A DNA stretch of 64,000 nt from Nemertoderma westbladi (GCA_032718475.1 JAUCBJ010003650.1:1-64000); one strand, 5' to 3'; numbered from the stretch's first letter, positions 37,092-50,521 are shown. The notes: generated by a model not told the origin, from the sequence alone. Numbers and translations: made by a program.

Positions 37092-37828
37092 CGTGTACTT
37101 CATACTTTTAAACTTAATATCCCAACCCTACCAAATAGTTATTTCTTTTTTAGCCACTCATAATTTCATATTTTATTTCAATTATTTTCAATCAATTTCT
37201 CGTGTATTAATTCAATTATATTTCAATCAATTTCTCTACTAACTACAGTATTAATAAATCAATTACATTATATTTAATTTACTAAATTATCCTGTCGGTT
37301 AAAATCAATGTCTGTCTGTATTATTATTTTACACCATATGTTGGTAGTAAAGTCAATGTTTCATTGTATGAATTCGTTGAGTGGCCTTGTACGCCAACGC
37401 CATACTCATTAATTTTCTGAAACAGCAGGGGGTGGGAAACTGTCAAAAGCTCTATGTAAATCCAGGTATACAACTTCTGCACTTTGGACATCTGGATCAT
37501 CAATGTAATGAGAAGAGAAGGGTTTTCAAAAGTTAGGTTACTGTGTAGGTAGATGATAGACAATGAAGTATGTACTGTAGACTGTATGTTGACTTAATAT
37601 AAGCATATAATATGCATGTAGGCCTATCCTAATAATAATTTTCTACGAAACCAGAACAAAAGGCCCTTACTCCCCAATGATGGTTTGTAATCTTTACTGT
37701 TTAGTATAGCATGATATAGATACATATAGAATAATAGGGCTACTTTTACAGTAAGAATTCCTAACGGTCTTCTAATAAGCAGTGATTTTGACATTCCATA
37801 CTATAATGTTAGCCTATGGGAAATCATA

Positions 37829-37969
37829 TGTGACTGAGTAACATACATACATACATACATACATACATACACATAACTTAATACATACCACTACTACTAC
37901 TACTGTAATACTAGTAGTAGTGGTATGTATTAAGTTATGTATGTATGTATGTTTGTTTACTCAGTCACA
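37829..37969. repeat. ~140-bp hairpin / mini foldback with (ACAT)n and (ACT)n arms
   Basis: TGTGACTGAGTAA...CATAACTTAATACATACCACTACTA at the left pairs with TAGTAGTGGTATGTATTAAGTTATG...TTACTCAGTCACA at the right. Confidence 0.8.
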
Positions 37970-38535
37970 AGATAGAGATACGGATAAGGATACATACCAC
38001 AATATATTTATACATAATACAATAACATATATACATCACTATAATATATAACAAAGATACATAAAACTTATAAACTTGGCAAAGAAAGTTCTCCTCTACA
38101 CAATAATAATGTTGGCCCAAAGATTTTTAAATACAATAATTTCAGAGTACAGTACAATAGTACCCATCCCTCATCAGAAGCACATTTTATAACTAAAATT
38201 CATTAAGCTGGCCCGCCACCTAACATAGCAGAGTGAGTAACGCTTGTAGATTTTCCCATAAGATGTACTGGGAAGAGCTTTCAGCAGGGGGGGGGGGGGG
38301 GGGGGGTAATAGTTTACAAACTAACCCAGTTACTTTTCCAGATCCTGGGGTTGAGCTGCGTCGATTGATATAACTTTCATTGACGGGCGAGCTATAGTTT
38401 CGGAGGAGTTAACCCGATATACATATACATACAGAATACTTTTACAGTAAGAAGTCCTACGGTCTCTAAAAACGAACGCATACAGTATGTCTTACTAAGT
38501 AGATGACTAACTCTGGTATGATATGTACAATGATT

Positions 38536-39300
38536 TCATTTTTGTTTGTAGGAAGGGGGCAAATAGTTTATTTGGGTTAGGCCTAGTTCTATTAGTTCTT
38601 TTTGTTTGAATGGAAGAGAATGCTTTATTCGACAATATTCCTTTTTAAATTCGTTGTTGCATGACAGATTGTCTAGATATATCGCTGGAATTACGAACGA
38701 TACGGTGTTGCTGCCAGCGGTTGAAAAGCAATTGATTTCTACGAATACAAATCGCACTGGTCATCCGAGGTTCGATCCAGATCTACGGGGGACGAATTGT
38801 TCAGAACCCTTAAGTAATTCAGTCCATGCTAGGTCAGTATCCTTAGCATACAGAACGTCATCCCAGTCAATGACACGGAGTGATGTATAAAATAAGTCCA
38901 ATATTGAACTCAAAATATGGTTTCTATTCAGTCTGGTCCTGGTGTTTTCAAATACATGCTGAGAAAGAATATAATCAAGTACAAATTCTAGAAAATCACA
39001 CTCAAAATTGTTTTTCAGTAAACAAAATTTCACAACCACAATTAACAATTAATCTGTCAAATAAAAAATGTTAAGCTGTATCATCAGGAACGTGCGACTT
39101 GGGACTTTATTCTGTATCATCCAACAGCCCCAACAGCCAACACTGTAAGATATAGATGTCGAATAGGCTTTAATAGCATCTAAGGCTAATTTTGTTTCGT
39201 TTTTGAATGAGATAACCTAAGCATTATTGATCCTATCCAGAGACTCAACCACTGAGTTGCTACTGGAAGTGAGATATCGTCTCGCAACCAATAATTGTTA
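38536..39300 (-). pseudogene. Heavily decayed CR1/L2-type LINE ORF2 (endonuclease-to-RT linker)
   Basis: LSQHV..TR.....ILDLF ... IDWDDVL..D.D.AW.......EQFVP, followed by the Lys/Arg-rich tether. Related decayed sequence probably continues at 40400-40720. Confidence 0.55.
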
Positions 39301-39431
39301 CACACAATCATGGCGTTCTTACATTTAACTAACATACAGTAGCAACTTCAGCATTCGTTAGATTTAAACACCTGGGTCATGCAATGCAGCCAGTCTGCTA
39401 GTTGTCACACATATCACATGCACGATATCAC

Positions 39432-40387
39432 TACTACTAGGATCGGCATGCTGCATTGCAGCTGCATTTTTAAGAATGCTGTGCCGGCTTGTCAACAAAA
39501 TTACACCGCCACAACACCCTATCACCCATGACATTTGCTAGATCATCCGCATCTTTAAGGCCAGTGTCCTTTAAGATGCGTCTCAAGAAAGTCATGGGCT
39601 GTCCACCATGCTTATTCACTCCATGAGGCTGCCAAAGTACAAGATTATGCACTGGCTGGTCCTCACGGCGAAAGCAATGTCCTGCAAAGCGGAGGCGATT
39701 TTGTTCTAGTGTCAAGCTTGGGGGAACCAATGAGACACCTCCAATGTTATATAGTGTCTGGTTGGATATGTGTGCATTGTACTTGACACAATGAACCCGG
39801 CGTAGCATTCTTGTGAATGTGCCATCCAGAGATTTGGTGTCCTCAGCAGTTAGAGCCCAGCATGGACTCCCGTAGAGGAGTACTGGAACTACTGCTGCTC
39901 TAAATAATCGGACCTTAAGTTTCCGATTAATTCTCGGTGACTTCCAAATCCTGGAAAGCCTATTCAAGGCTGCCCATGCCTTTCCCTTACGTATTCGAAG
40001 GTCCTCACCTGACTTCCGGATCCATGATCCCAGGTAACAGAAGTCGTCCACATGCTCAAGCATACCATCCTTTGAGCTTATGCTCATCCGATCAGAGACT
40101 TGCTGAGGACTTTCAAAGTTAACTGTCAGAATTTTGGTCTTTCTGGAGTTAATAAAAAGACCAACACTAGAAGCAGCATGTTCTAATGAGCTGAGGAGCC
40201 GTTGGGCTCCCTCTAATGATTCTGAGAGTACTCCTAAGTCATCAGCAAAGTCTAGATCAGTTAGGTACTTGGCAGGATTTCCTCGACTTCTGGAGCCAGT
40301 AGGTGGAGTTATCATCACCCCATCATCATTATAATGATCTAAGGACATGCGTAGAACATAGTCAACCACAATAATGAACAAGAATTG
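39432..40387 (-). mobile_element. Young 5'-truncated RTE-clade LINE with an intact reading frame, (TAG)n tail and 13-bp TSD
   Basis: ORF 39470-40381 (YLTDLDFADD, INSRKTK, DFCYLGS, LRFAGHCFR, WQP.G...GG). Short 3' UTR ending in TAGTAGTAG. TGCACGATATCAC occurs at 39419-39431 and 40388-40400. Confidence 0.95.
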
Positions 40388-41418
40388 TGCACGATATCAC
40401 ACAGCCCACGTATGTCCTAGTCTACATGTGGTAAGCACTTGTCACGCAAAGGAACCGCCATATCAACCATCAACGAATACACAGAGGTGTCCTGCCTTTC
40501 AGCTGTGATTTCTGTAAGAAACATTTCTCCCAAATGTCGACTTCATCAACCTACAAACGCGAACTCCCAAGGTTGAAGCAGCTGTACCTGTAACTATACA
40601 AACATATTATTTACTCCCAGTATTCCCAAATATTTTGTCCCACGTGCTACATCTATTTGGTGGGCGAACCATTTACAAAACTGAAAGGGACTTGACCCCG
40701 GGTTGAACCAGCTATCTCTCACGCAAGGCGCAATGGTATGAGTTATTTGTTTCAAAAAATTTATTTATACCAAAAATATAAAACGCAGTCGCATTTATTA
40801 ATATATAATAAATAAAATAACCAGTATTTCGGAAAAAAAAACAGTTAATAAACGGAATGAAATAGGTAATAATTGAAGCGCTGGAGTAATTAAAATATAT
40901 ATTATTAACATTATTGTTAATAAAAATTAGTATTAAATTATCAACAATTTAAGTAATATAATTAGGTATAATGAACATTATAACTGCGCACCAAATTTCA
41001 TAAATGTTAACTTACATAATAAATTTATATGCCAAAATTAAATGTTTCCGCTTAACCATTATGATTTTGTAGAAAAATCCTACAAAAAATAATAAAGAAA
41101 ATATTGTTGTGACGCTCCGAGTAATTATATACTAAACTAACAAACAAACAAATGGCAACACATATATGATGGGATCACATGAGAGGGGACCAGACCAACC
41201 CATTAGAAACTCCGTAAAACATCAAATTGGTTCCAAACAAGGTTTTAATGAAGGTTTGGGCCGCCAGCAAAAAACACATTTTGTCTTTCATGTAATACCT
41301 GGATATTTTAGAGTCCCCACGAAAACTACAAACTTAAATTCAAAAGGTTTCCATTCTCTGAGCAAATTTTACAAGTTGAGCTTAAATTCCTGAATTTGGA
41401 TTGGATAGTGACTACGAG

Positions 41419-42811
41419 AGTAGTATATAGAGCCAGGATACCAGGACAGTTAGACCTAACTCACACCTTTTTCGTGCCAAGAACACCTAAGGTGTTAATC
41501 CTATTGTTAAGGTGTTAATCCCTTAATCTCTTACACCTTTTTCGTGCCAAGAACACCCAAGGTGTTAATCCTATTGTTAAGGTCTTAATCCCTTAATCTC
41601 TCACACCATTTCTATGCCAAAACAAAAAGTGCATTAATTCTAGTGTTCACAGTGTTAATTCCAATTAGATTGGCAATAATCTTTTGTATACCTCACACAT
41701 AAAATCGTAACTAATCTTTTGTTGATACTTATTTCATTTCACACGTTTTAGTAAAGAGCAATCATAACACTTACACATTCAACAAAACCTAATTTTGTTA
41801 TTCAACTAATTTTGGTGTCATTAATTCTCTGTTTTCTTCAAACATCAAGGTATGACTAATCTTTAAGTAATTATTATTTCATTTCATAGCTTTTGCAAAT
41901 AGCAATTCATTCCTACACATTTACATAATTTTTTTAAATAATTTTTTTTTGGTTATTTACTCGTATTTCATTTTTTAATTTTTGTTATACTATAGTACAG
42001 ATTTTTTAGTGAATTCCACTCATACATAAAACTAAATTTCACTCATAATTTTTGCTTCTACTTTTGACGAATGCCACACATACAACTAAATATATTTTTT
42101 TAGACATTCCAAGAAATAAACTTTTATTATACTAGTATATAAATATAATTTTTAGTAAATTTCACTCATAATTTTTGTATTTCTATTTTGGCGAATGCCT
42201 CACAACTAAACAAAATTTTTTGGACATACAAACATAAAAGCATTATTAACAATGCTTTTGGTTGTATAAAATCTGGCAAATGAAAATACAAATACCGCTT
42301 TTTCTTTGATCTATTCAATTTCAATACCATCAAAGGATTCACCAATTCTGACACACAATAATGCAAATGCCGCTTTTTCTTTGATAATTTTAATTACAAC
42401 GCTTTCAACCTAAAGATAATCTCTCGAAACTATGCAAAATATTCTATTCAAAAAATGAATATTTTATAAAAGATTAAGAAAGGATTATTTCTCCAGTCAT
42501 TATGGCACCAACAGTCTATTTTAACCCATTTGTAATGAAACCTCTCTCAATTGGCCAACTAGATTTCTTGGCTGCATCTTCATTGGTTTGTTGCATCTGT
42601 TTATTCACATCACTATGCGACCATATACTATATAATAAAACATCACCACTTTGCATTCAACTTAACTTCATTATTGTATAAATTGTTTCCATTAATTTAT
42701 TTTACATAATTTAATATTATCACACTTGTATTATTCATCAACTCTCAAGTATTCATCACTTTCAAGTCTTTACTTCAATCTCAACCAAGTTATTCTGCAA
42801 CAATAACTGAA
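41419..42811 (+). repeat. Polinton left TIR (~1.39 kb)
   Basis: Reverse complement of 60486-61474, with one extra 70-bp subrepeat and an extra ~390-bp block (~41945-42338). Confidence 0.9.
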
Positions 42812-42873
42812 TTATATAAATTGATTTCAATAATTATTTTAAATAATTCACAAAAAAAAACTCATTCTCAATC

Positions 42874-43785
42874 ATGAATCTAACAACTAACGAAAATGAG
42901 ATTTCACTATCTGATAATTCATTTGGGTTCTATTTCGACTCCTCAAACAAAAAATTTCTACTTACTGTCAACACTTTTCGAAATCAACCTATTCGCATTC
43001 CTTCTCATTATGCTCATTTCATAATGAGGGCCTGTTATCAGTTGAAAGATGGAGTCTATCAATCTACAGATGAAGCAATTTACTATCCAACAAAAAATTG
43101 CTTCAAGATGCAAAAGATAAAAGATGTTATGTCTTTCAGTATTCCCTCTATCGAGGAAACTTTCACAATTCCTTCTTCAATTTCTACCTTCATTAGTGAA
43201 AACCACAATCATGAAAGTTTTGAAAAATTGCTAGGGCCATCTACATTGAAAGCTACATTTTCTGTGGATAACTCTCTTTTCGATTTTCATGCAAATACAA
43301 AATCAATGGGTCTCCTTGTTTGGAATTACAAACCTACAATTAACCAAGATAACAATCACGAATGTAGAATATTCAAAATATATGGTGTAGATATTATTTC
43401 TTTATGGAAGAAAATGGATGAGCTAATTTGTGTATACGACAAAAACACCGAATTGCATTTTGGTTTTAATTTTAAAGTTGCACCATCATCCAACAGTGAT
43501 CCATCTTCCTACACTGATACAGTCATTCTAACAGATACCATGAATGGAGGTTGGTTACCTATCTCATGTACAGCTATCAGCCTTCTTCGTCATTACCTCA
43601 ATGTCTGTCGTCCATTCATCAATGACCAAATGCATTTTATTCTCCATCCTGGCAATTATGTTGCCTTTGACAGTTCAACATTTGGCTATATTACAAATCT
43701 CCAACAAGAAAGAAATGTCGCCATTGCCTCAGGGATAAAAGTCGATGCTGATAAAGTAATAATTTCACTTGATAAATCAATATGA
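42874..43785 (+). CDS. Polinton accessory protein, 303 aa, intact; possibly divergent PC4-like folds
   Basis: Uninterrupted ORF just inside the left TIR. GLLVWNYKP...IYGVDI.SLWKKM loosely parallels VGIWPYNYKP...NGMNIKSDFFKK of the neighbouring gene. Confidence 0.6.
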   Translation: MNLTTNENEISLSDNSFGFYFDSSNKKFLLTVNTFRNQPIRIPSHYAHFIMRACYQLKDGVYQSTDEAIYYPTKNCFKMQKIKDVMSFSIPSIEETFTIPSSISTFISENHNHESFEKLLGPSTLKATFSVDNSLFDFHANTKSMGLLVWNYKPTINQDNNHECRIFKIYGVDIISLWKKMDELICVYDKNTELHFGFNFKVAPSSNSDPSSYTDTVILTDTMNGGWLPISCTAISLLRHYLNVCRPFINDQMHFILHPGNYVAFDSSTFGYITNLQQERNVAIASGIKVDADKVIISLDKSI

Positions 43786-43853
43786 AAACTTGAAGTAAAC
43801 AAGTTAACATTTGATGTTGATGATGCAGATGAATTTGACGAATTAAGTGAGAA

Positions 43854-44706
43854 ATGACTATCTCCGAAAGAATTCAACTTCACTTCAAGATGCTTTCGAA
43901 TACTATTGAGATCAGTGATAGGCTCTTGAATACTGTCTTCACGTTTGATAATGATGATGATTGCGCAAGTGAAGCTTTGAGACAGCTGCAAAATATGCTT
44001 ACTGATGTTGCTACTTCAAAGGAAATATCTCTCCCTAATCCTCAATATATGGATTTGGGTAAATCTCTCACAAGTTTCATCTTCTCATTCAAAGGAGCAA
44101 ACTATGTTGGAATATGGCCATATAATTATAAGCCAAAAGATAATCAATTTAGAACAGTATTGTTTACAAATGGTATGAACATCAAGTCAGATTTTTTCAA
44201 AAAGTTTCAAGTTATCCAACAATCTGCAAACCACTCTCAATGTTGCATCGCTCCTCATATTCATATTCGTTATGAAAAAGGTGAAACAATATTAACCAAC
44301 CTAAAGTCCCATAATCAAATCTCTCCCTAATCCTCAATATATGGATTTGGGTAAATCTCTCACAAGTTTCATCTTCTCATTCAAAGGAGCAAACTATGTT
44401 GGAATATGGCCATATAATTATAAGCCAAAAGATAATCAATTTAGAACAGTATTGTTTACAAATGGTATGAACATCAAGTCAGATTTTTTCAAAAAGTTTC
44501 AAGTTATCCAACAATCTGCAAACCACTCTCAATGTTGCATCGCTCCTCATATTCATATTCGTTATGAAAAAGGTGAAACAATATTAACCAACCTAAAGTC
44601 CCATAATCAAATTTCGCTTTCAGCAAATTTTAGTGTTGAGCACTGCATAAATTTCTTAAAACAAAAGATAGAAATACGATCTATCTTCCCAATCAAAGTC
44701 ATTTGA
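43854..44706 (+). pseudogene. PC4/Sub1-like ssDNA-binding/coactivator protein, split by a 292-bp tandem duplication
   Basis: MDLGKSLTSFIFSFKGANYVGIWPY...NGMNIKSDFFKKF aligns by eye with the PC4 core [25 protein letters not shown]...KGISLNPEQWSQL. Segment 44027-44318 is repeated from 44319. Confidence 0.6.
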
Positions 44707-45058
44707 ATCTGTTTCATCCGACTTCCCTCTCAACCTCACCAAAAATGTCTAACATTTCTCAGGAATTGTTTAAACGAAAATTACCTACCATGTTGCATAA
44801 AGATACAAAGAAAATGAACTTGATGATGATTAAAACTCTTTTGTGTGCAAGGAATATTTATCTATTTTGTGTGTCTTTTAATGTGTTTTGTGCATATTTT
44901 ATTTCCATACTATTGGTAATGATTAAAAATCTTGTGTATAAAATGAAATTTTTTCCACTCAATTTTTTATAATATATTTTTATATGCTATATGACAAATG
45001 AAAAAAGCAATGCACATCTATATACAAACACAGCACTATGATTAAATATATGAAACAT

Positions 45059-45091
<33 letters not shown>

Positions 45092-45179
45092 ATATATACA
45101 AATTAAATTTTATAATATTTACAAATATGAAAATTTATCTCTTTTCAATCTTTCTTCTCAACCAACATGCTAGTACTTC

Positions 45180-45563
45180 TTAATTATGTAATAACTCACT
45201 ACTAAATATTTGTAATGGGTTATTATTTTTTGGATGCTCACATAAATAAAATAAACAATATCCACCACAACTTGTACGAAAAGGATGCTGAATTATTTGG
45301 CGCATTCTTTCCCACATGATTGTATTACGAACCAAAGAATCTTCAATTCTTGGAGTTGGATATTGGGCAAATGAATCAAAATATTCACCTTTTCCATCAC
45401 ATACATATATAGCTACCCAATGAGTTCCAGGCAAGTGGCTTGGTTGAATATTGCTAATAAAGCTCATCTCTCTAGTATCTAACTGAGGAAGCTTGTCCAC
45501 TGGGAAAGAACCTCTATAATGATTACCAACAGGATATGCATTTAAATCATATGAGTTCAACAT
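45180..45563 (-). pseudogene. Adenain-like cysteine maturation protease
   Basis: GTHWVAIY...GEYFDSF...IQ....SCGGYCLFYL (His/Asp/Gln/Cys catalytic set); the C-terminus is probably cut by a premature stop. Confidence 0.9.
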
Positions 45564-45573
45564 TTCTTCTATT

Positions 45574-46827
45574 TTAAAAGATAGTTACATTACCATCTTT
45601 ACTTATATTGAGATTCTTATCATATCCCATCCATAGAATAATGTTTATTGTTGCTGGTAGTGAGTGCATTAGCAAATTGCAACTCTAATCTTGCCTTGCC
45701 AACATGTCTAGGTAAGAAATCATCACTATCTAAGTAACCATCTGGAGCAAGGTTCCAAATAGAGAAAGGATACATATCATGGAAGCTGGTTGGGGTAATT
45801 GTATACTAGTACCTCGAATAATTGAAGTAAGGTTATTCTGACTAGCGAAATATTCATTTATATATTGATTGGCAGCAAAATTTGGTTTATAAGTAACACC
45901 ACTAAGAACCTTTCCATCTAATGTTATTTGTAAAAAAATAACATCAAAATGCTGAAATGCCATTGAATTACGTGAATATATACCATTATATGCATCATTA
46001 CGAATCATTCCTAAAATAATAAATCTGGGAGTATTGTTACTGGCAAATAAGTTTTCGCATACATGTGATCTTTGACCATTACCAACAGTAAAAGTAGTAA
46101 CCTCATTCTGTATAAATGGATATATAAAATCTTCCCTCTGGAGAAGATCGACATATTCTTTCATTAAACTATCTTCTATTTTTATTCGTTTTGTTTTTAA
46201 GACAGATTTTGTGATATTTACTCTGCCTCCTTCAATATCATCCCCACAAGTTAAACTAAAATTATCAGGTGCTCTTGTTAAAGTAATTCTAACACTTGTT
46301 CTTGGCGGTAATACTTTTATTTGATCAAAAATATCAATGAATAACAAACCTTGTACCTGATATAGTGAGCTTTTCAATGCTGCAGCATTTTCAAAAACAA
46401 TAGGAACTCCATTGGCTGTTTGTTCTGCATATCCAGCTGCCGTAATAATTGTATCTTTTGTATTTCTATCATTAACTAAAACAGCCTTTAAAAATGCTTT
46501 GTAAGCATAGTTTGAGGTATTTGGTTCAACCTGACACTCATTAATCAACACATTAATATTAGAGAATAATGTTGATAAGGTTAATGGCATAATTGAAACC
46601 ATACCATTATTTGGTCGGACTGTGATTGCTACTTCGTAGACTAATTGTAGAGTTGTATCACCTCCTACAGTATAATATTCATCTGATTTTTCAATTACAA
46701 AATCAATCACAGTAATCCCAATTCCCAGAGTTGTTATTGGATATACTTCATGTTCAAAACTTTCATTAATAATACTTTGAGTAGTAAAGTTGCTGAATAA
46801 ATTTAATTCGTCAATTGTTTCACTCAT
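45574..46827 (-). pseudogene. Major capsid protein (double jelly-roll, hexon-like), frameshifted near 45780
   Basis: ELNLF....TQ.I; LFSNI.V.IN; NYAYKAFL; DIFDQ.K.LPP...RITLTR; PRFIILGM..N.AY.G....N...FQHFD. The C-terminus G.ARLELQFA continues in another frame to a stop at 45574. Confidence 0.9.
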
Positions 46828-46861
46828 TTTTATATTTTGAAAGAATTAGCCAAAAATATCA

Positions 46862-47392
46862 TCACAAATCGTATCTTTGATCTTTCATAAGCCTTATCCT
46901 TTGATATTTAGTAATCTTTTTCTTTTTCCGTTTTTGTGGCTCGTTTATTGATGATGCATTTGCATTAAGAACTTCACAAATTATTTTATTTGCTACACGT
47001 TTAGTTGATGGTTTGGTTCTTTTAGCAATTTGTTGTAATGTGTGATTAACTAATTTTTTACTAGATTTTTTTAGTAGTGGTACTCCTTTACGAAGAGCCG
47101 CTCTTGCAACAGGTTTAGCAATTTTTGGAATAACCTTTGCTGCAATTTTCGCAATATTTCCAAATAAGCCACGACCACATTGACCATATCTAGCATATAT
47201 GGTTCGTGTGTTCAAACGTCGATTTCGTAAACCACCTCTAAAGTAAGGTATACTTCCACTATTATTTCCACGCCCTCTACCATCTTGTATATTACGTATT
47301 CAATTTTGGTGTGGTGAGGTTTGAGCTATTGATATTCTTCTTCTTCTACCAAAATAAGCACTTGGGTCTGGATATGAACCACCCGTTGACAT
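46862..47392 (-). pseudogene. Basic virion core / membrane-active protein precursor
   Basis: IPYFRGG, QDGRG and QCGRGLFGNIAKIAAKVIPKIAK (GxG adenain-type cleavage sites followed by an amphipathic Lys-rich helix); one in-frame stop after the ATG at 47392. Confidence 0.7.
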
Positions 47393-47445
47393 AATTTTGG
47401 TTGATAATATATCAGTTAATAAAGATATATAGTTTTAGTCAACGT

Positions 47446-48233
47446 TTATTGATGCTTTAATAATAAAGTAATAACTACAGTCCGTGAATTAAGTTCAATC
47501 AAATCTCCTTCATCATCTTTTAACTGAATGTTTATTACTTCAATGTTTTGCATATCAACAGGTTTATAATTAATATTATTGAATTCACGATGAACCAATG
47601 ATCCATAATCACCTTCATATGGAATTTTTCTTAATAATGGTTTCAATTGATTTCCTACTATAACATTAGCACTGATATTGGAATAAATATTAATATTACC
47701 ACTAAAGAAGTCACAAGCTTTTTGAATGAAAAAGGTATGATCAATATGTATCAGGAAACGATTTATTTGTAAATATCCTTTATATTTAATAATTTGGAAA
47801 CGATTTTTGTTAAAGAAATTTTCTCCTTCCAACCCTAACAAACCTAACATTCGAATCAGCTTATCATTATGAAAGCGTATACGTTTGGTTTTTTCAAAAA
47901 GAGAAGCAAAATAGTATTATATAATGCATTAAATTGAAATTGTACTCTCATATTAAGACCGGTTGCATTCAATTGATTAATCAAGGTTTCAATATTGTGA
48001 TAGTAACCAGCAGGTAAAATAAGTTTCTTTATTTTACCTCGAACACCTTGTGTAGTAATTAGAGTATCATTGATATTATACATTGATGCCAAATAAGTGA
48101 TTTCAGATATTCCTACCATCCACATCCCACTCAGTCGTAATGGTTGTGGTAATTCCACATTAAAATTTGATGGTTTATTTTGTGGAAATCTTTCGAGTGA
48201 TGAATTAGAAGGTAAATATAAGACAGTTTGCAT
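47446..48233 (-). pseudogene. Minor capsid protein (penton) paralog 2, frameshifted
   Basis: LYLPSNSSLERFPQNKPSNFNVELPQPLRLSGMWMVGISEITY ... IYSNI....IVGN..PLLR.I......EF....YKPV.....I.IQL.D..G. Confidence 0.88.
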
Positions 48234-49060
48234 TATGATTGTTTTCTTGTACGCAAATGTAAGGTAATTAAGGTGAATCCAGCATTAAATATCAATAGTT
48301 CTCCTTTTTCGTTTCATATCTCAACTGATTTGATTAACAATAAAATTATGTGCTATAGGTCTATAATAAACCTTTCTAAAATCACTTGAGATTATCTTAT
48401 TTTGATGAAGTGTGATAGGTAATGTACGTAATAATGGTGCGGTTGTATTGCCAACAATTGTATGAGATGTTATATCGCTATATATGAATAAATTTTGTCT
48501 TCCTCTCACCAAATCACATGGAAAAGGACTAATTTCAGAAAAATCTTTATGTTAATTAGGTTTTTGTTTCAGTGATAAGTCTTTCCTGTAGCAATGTTCC
48601 AATATTGATTCCACTCAACCTAAATATTATCTTTCATAAATCCATCTAAGCCTAATATAGTTTTTAAATCTCCAGTTATTTCAAATGAAAAAAATCTTGA
48701 ACAAGTTAGTTTAATTTTATTTGAAAATTTAATATACCTAATATTTATTGTTGTTTGAGGGTAAGCAAAGGCTTCAAATGTTTCATTAATTTTTTGAATG
48801 ATTGCTTCCATGCTTGCATATAATCCTGGAGTAAATAAAGCAGCATTTCGAGGGCCATCTTTATAATAGAAAATAAATTGTGATAATTGTTCAATGTTAT
48901 AATATGAAGAAGAATATTGAATTTCAGATAAACCAACTTCTATATCTGATGATAAATATAAGGTATATGGCAGCTCTACTATAAATGAACTCAATGAATT
49001 ATTGGGGAATCTTGATGTTGTACCATTAGAAAATAGTGTAATATAACTATTCATTTTCAT
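48233..49060 (-). pseudogene. Minor capsid protein (penton) paralog 1, broken
   Basis: YITLFSNGTTSRFPNNSLSSFIVELP..L.L...EVGLSEIQY ... LFIYSDI....IVGNTTAPLLRTLP ... TLITLHLR. Confidence 0.88.
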
Positions 49061-49150
49061 TAAATTTATTCATAATTATAATTATTGTAAATCGTTTATA
49101 ATTGATAATTGTACATAATTTAAAATTCAGCTTCATCAAAAAATTTAAAC

Positions 49151-50204
49151 TTATTTACGTAATTGGTTAGCGTCAATCCATTTATTTCGCTTATCAGCTT
49201 TGAATCTGACTAAATATTGCTTCTTTTTGCTTTTTACAAGCTCTTTGATTATTTTTTCAATTGGAAAAATATCTGTAGCCTGCTTCACTAGTTGAAGTTC
49301 ATCTTCATAGAAAGTGCCCTCAATATCTCTACCAACAGAATCTATTACATGGTACATTGGATAAGGAAGACAATCTTCTCTAATGTGATTTATCTTAAAA
49401 ATTTCATTTGTCCAGTTTCCTATATATGATTTTTCAAAGGCATGCTTAGCAATATAAGTCGTACACTATCAACTTTTTTCAACTTTGGTTTGGAGAGTTT
49501 CTTAACTCTACCAAAAAGTTTTAGTCTTCCGTTAGCTTGATTTTGCTTATTCACTTGTAAAGGCTTCATTCCTATTGATCTATGAAATGTATTATTATAT
49601 GTTTTAATAATTTTAGGAAGGATATCTAGCCATTTAGTAATTTTTCTACGAGTAAATATTTTAAACATTCGTGACTTTAAAGTGCGTTTAAAGCGCTCAC
49701 AAATTGCAGCTTTGAATTAAGAACGTGTAGTATAATAATTAACCTTATTTTTCTTTAGGTAAGCTAGTACTATGTGATTATTGAATTCAAGGCCTTGGTC
49801 ACTTGCTAAATGACATGGTTTTCCATCTGAAAATATTATTTCTAAAGCATCCTTAATCTCTTTCCCTGTTTTTCGTTTTAGTGGTAATGCCCAAGCTTGT
49901 TTTGAAAAACAATCAATTGCTGTTATAATATATTTGAAACCAGAATTAAAAGTGCTAATTTCTGCATATCAACCAAATCAGTTTGTATAGTATCTCTTAT
50001 ACATGGAAAAAACATTCTAGAAATGGGATAATGCCTTCTAGCTGATCTATGAAGAGTGTAGGTTGGTCAAGTCGCTAGCCAATTTTTTACAATATTTCTC
50101 TTCAACCCAGTCGCTTCGCTTAGTGCTTTTACGCTGCCAAAACCTGCAGAGTTTGAAATATTATAGTAAACAGCAGCTAGTTGGTGGTTTTGTCAGTCCG
50201 CCAT
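49151..50204 (-). pseudogene. Retroviral-type (rve) integrase with a C-terminal chromodomain
   Basis: Hand translation: YYN...AGFGSV; YTLH; QTDLVDM; YIITAIDCFSKQAW; SDQGLEF; ICERF.RTLK; YNNTFHRSIGMKP; NWTNEIF; GTFYEDELQ; IEKII.....QYLVRF. Several stops and frameshifts. Confidence 0.93.
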
Positions 50205-50521
50205 CACTTTGGTCATGACTACGTTTCTGTCTTATACAATTACAAACACAATCACAATTAATATTCAATCTCTTAAACCAAGACATTTTATTCACTATTA
50301 CTATTATTATTTATATATATTTCAAAAAATTAACATTGTTTATTGTTTTGATATGTTTTTTATTAGCTATATGGTTTGAATGTTCCAGTGTCTTCTTCAT
50401 TTTCTTCTTCTTCTTCTTTATATATATTTTGTTTGTAATGGTATAGATTTAGCATATTTTTGTTGTTCTAGTAAATTATGTTGTTCTGGTGTTATTAGAT
50501 ACATTTTATGAAATGACATAG

